Positions 62,332 through 64,000 of a stretch of DNA of 64,000 bases are shown piece after piece. Origin of the DNA: Bacilli bacterium (lineage in GTDB: Bacteria; Bacillota_I; Bacilli_A; ML615J-28; CAG-313); NCBI GenBank assembly GCA_017411715.1, contig JAFQPO010000014.1, positions 6,161 through 70,160 on the forward strand, written 5' to 3'. How positions within the stretch are numbered: position 1 is the first letter of the stretch; every line of letters begins with the position of its first letter. The translations under genes and the position numbers were made by a program. Under the pieces are notes generated by a model, which saw nothing but the letters and a program-made list of their open reading frames with translations, was not told the origin of the DNA and ran no database searches.

Positions 62332-63975
62332 ATGAAGAAAATATTTAATAGTTTATTTATAGTTATAATCCTTTTATTTGTTGTTGGATGTGGTAGTACT
62401 CCGACTGATGATAAAGAGTACGTGACAATTACTTTTGAAACTGGTGGAGGAACTGAAATTTCTTCACTTAAAATAGAAAAAGGAACTATTCCAGGTGAGC
62501 CTGCCGAACCAAAAAGAAATGGTTATGAATTTGATGGATGGCTATTATTTGGGCAACCTTACTCATTTTCATCACCTGTAGCATCCGACTTAGTTTTAAC
62601 TGCTAAGTGGAATGATCTTAGTGATATTTTAAATTCTGAATATCGCGATATAGTTATTTATTCATTAAATGATTTCCATGGTGCCTTAAATCAAGATGAA
62701 GGTGAATTTGGTATGTCTAGAATTGCGGCATTCTTGAAGAAAGAACAGGCGAAAGAATATCAAACAACAATTATCCTTTCTGCTGGTGATATGTTTCAAG
62801 GTTCTGCTCTATCAAACTATAAATATGGTTTAGATGTAATAAACATTATGAATTATATTAACTTTGATGCTATGACGCTTGGTAATCATGAATTTGATTG
62901 GGGACTTGATAAAATGGGTCTTTACAAAGATGATGATAAAACAAATGGAGAAGCTGATTTTCCATTTTTAGGATGTAATATTTTTGAAAAAGAAACAAAT
63001 GAATTGGTTGATTTTGTTGATCCATATGTAATTTTTGAAAGAGATGATTATAAATTTGCAGTTGTTGGATATATGGGATATGGTTTAGAGGATTCTATCG
63101 CAACAAGTATGATTAAAGATTATTACTTTGATGATCCAGTTAAATGTGTATCTGATGCGGTATATGAAATTAGAAGTAATGATTTAGCAGATTTCGTAAT
63201 TGCTGTTGGGCATGATGGGTCCGATTCGGTTAATCAACAATTGGCTAATTTAACTGGTGATTATCAAGTGGATGCTATTTTCAATGGGCATACCCATAAT
63301 TCATACACTAAAGTATTAACATCAATTGATGCTAGACAAATCCCTGTTGTACAAGCAGGTACAGCTGGTGAATTATTAGGTAAGATTGTTTTAAGTGTTC
63401 ATAAAGAAAATCAATCAATTGATAGTGTATTATCTGAAAATGTCTCAATGGCAACTGGTAAATTAGATCCATTTGTTGAAGAATACTTAGCACAAGCTAA
63501 TGAAGAAGTTGCGCCATTTTTTAAACGAGTAATAGGCCAAGCTGGTCGTGATTTAAATAGTAAATATACTATTACAGATTGGGCAGTAGAAACAATTAAA
63601 AATAGTACTGGTGCAGATATCGCATTTACAAATTTAGGAGGTCTTCGCGCAAGTGCTTTCCCTATTAAAGAAGGTGCTGATATTACAGTAGAAAAGTTAT
63701 ATGAGATCATGCCTTTTGATAATGCTATTAAATTAGTAACTATGAAAGGTTATGATATTCAATTAATGTTTAATGTTGGTGATTTTATTCATACGGATTT
63801 AGAAATTGATCCTGATAAAGAATATCGTGTTGCTGCAATTGATTATATTTTTGATAATGATTCATATTTATTTAATAAAGGTACTGATATTGAAGTTACT
63901 GGATTATTATTTAGAGATGTGATGATTGAAGCTATTGAAAATAATACTGAGAAAGGTTTAAAATGGATGGAATAA
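62332..63975 (+). CDS. lipoprotein: bifunctional 5'-nucleotidase / 2',3'-cyclic-nucleotide phosphodiesterase with N-terminal Flg_new repeat
   Basis: Lipobox VVGCGS; metallophosphatase motifs (GDMFQG, GNHEFD, GHTHN); 5'-nucleotidase C-terminal domain. Confidence 0.8.
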   Translation: MKKIFNSLFIVIILLFVVGCGSTPTDDKEYVTITFETGGGTEISSLKIEKGTIPGEPAEPKRNGYEFDGWLLFGQPYSFSSPVASDLVLTAKWNDLSDILNSEYRDIVIYSLNDFHGALNQDEGEFGMSRIAAFLKKEQAKEYQTTIILSAGDMFQGSALSNYKYGLDVINIMNYINFDAMTLGNHEFDWGLDKMGLYKDDDKTNGEADFPFLGCNIFEKETNELVDFVDPYVIFERDDYKFAVVGYMGYGLEDSIATSMIKDYYFDDPVKCVSDAVYEIRSNDLADFVIAVGHDGSDSVNQQLANLTGDYQVDAIFNGHTHNSYTKVLTSIDARQIPVVQAGTAGELLGKIVLSVHKENQSIDSVLSENVSMATGKLDPFVEEYLAQANEEVAPFFKRVIGQAGRDLNSKYTITDWAVETIKNSTGADIAFTNLGGLRASAFPIKEGADITVEKLYEIMPFDNAIKLVTMKGYDIQLMFNVGDFIHTDLEIDPDKEYRVAAIDYIFDNDSYLFNKGTDIEVTGLLFRDVMIEAIENNTEKGLKWME

Positions 63976-64000
63976 TGAGTAATAAAGTTATTATTGTTAC

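Noticed and set aside
1-64000. Alternative genetic code (TGA=Trp) suggested by the very low GC content
   Set aside because: Long housekeeping ORFs (ileS, rnr, nagA, thyA) are full length under the standard code with no in-frame TGA.

Overview
This is an AT-rich (roughly 28-30% GC) low-GC Firmicutes chromosomal window read with the standard genetic code; long ORFs carry no in-frame TGA. The gene content points to a spore-former (CotF-like coat proteins, a PdaA-like deacetylase, a gerB-gerA-gerC germinant-receptor operon), plausibly Erysipelotrichia or Clostridia-like.

The two ends of the window are ordinary housekeeping:
- 1-13.9 kb: a DUF1648-NagA fusion, an ABC transporter, topB, rlmD, secG, rnr, smpB and tRNA-Leu(GAG).
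- 35.3-64 kb: a pyrP-like permease, pncA-pncB, asnA, ppiB, tRNA-Arg, yggS-sepF-ylmH-ileS, deoC-deoD, an M16 peptidase pair, the ger operon, ssb, thyA-folA, pdp, mgtC, tRNA-Leu(CAA) and a 5'-nucleotidase lipoprotein.

Between smpB/tRNA-Leu and the permease lies a roughly 21.5 kb accessory region (about 13.9-35.3 kb), all on the + strand and with no integrase or recombinase. It holds:
- two HTH-XRE/TPR regulators;
- two paralogous sigma-70-like proteins with roughly 350-aa C-terminal extensions;
- a SAM methyltransferase;
- two lipoproteins with a repeated Cys-rich motif (CxxCGKCxxEDCxGxExxKCxGH);
- an S41 peptidase and a nucleotidyltransferase;
- a PD-(D/E)xK nuclease-like protein;
- a run of small membrane proteins.

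Two families of non-coding repeats are interleaved with these genes.
- Family 1 is a composite module: a conserved stretch of about 130 bp containing a terminator, then up to three tandem units of about 22 bp that are the reverse complement of tRNA 3' ends (core GGACTCGAACC), then ATAAGAGA and a promoter. Three full and two partial copies are present.
- Family 2 is a terminator-plus-promoter cassette of about 75 bp (hairpin CCAGTTAAC...GTTAGCTGG, then TTTTTAAATAGTAGAAATAAATGAGGAAATGTGGTATAAT). It is present in 6-7 near-identical copies in front of unrelated genes.

Other notable points:
- an in-frame TAA splits topB;
- NagA is fused in frame to a membrane domain, with an internal RBS;
- a terminator-type leader precedes the permease;
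- a structured leader precedes pncA;
- a probable frameshifted lipoprotein gene sits at 34.36-35.3 kb.
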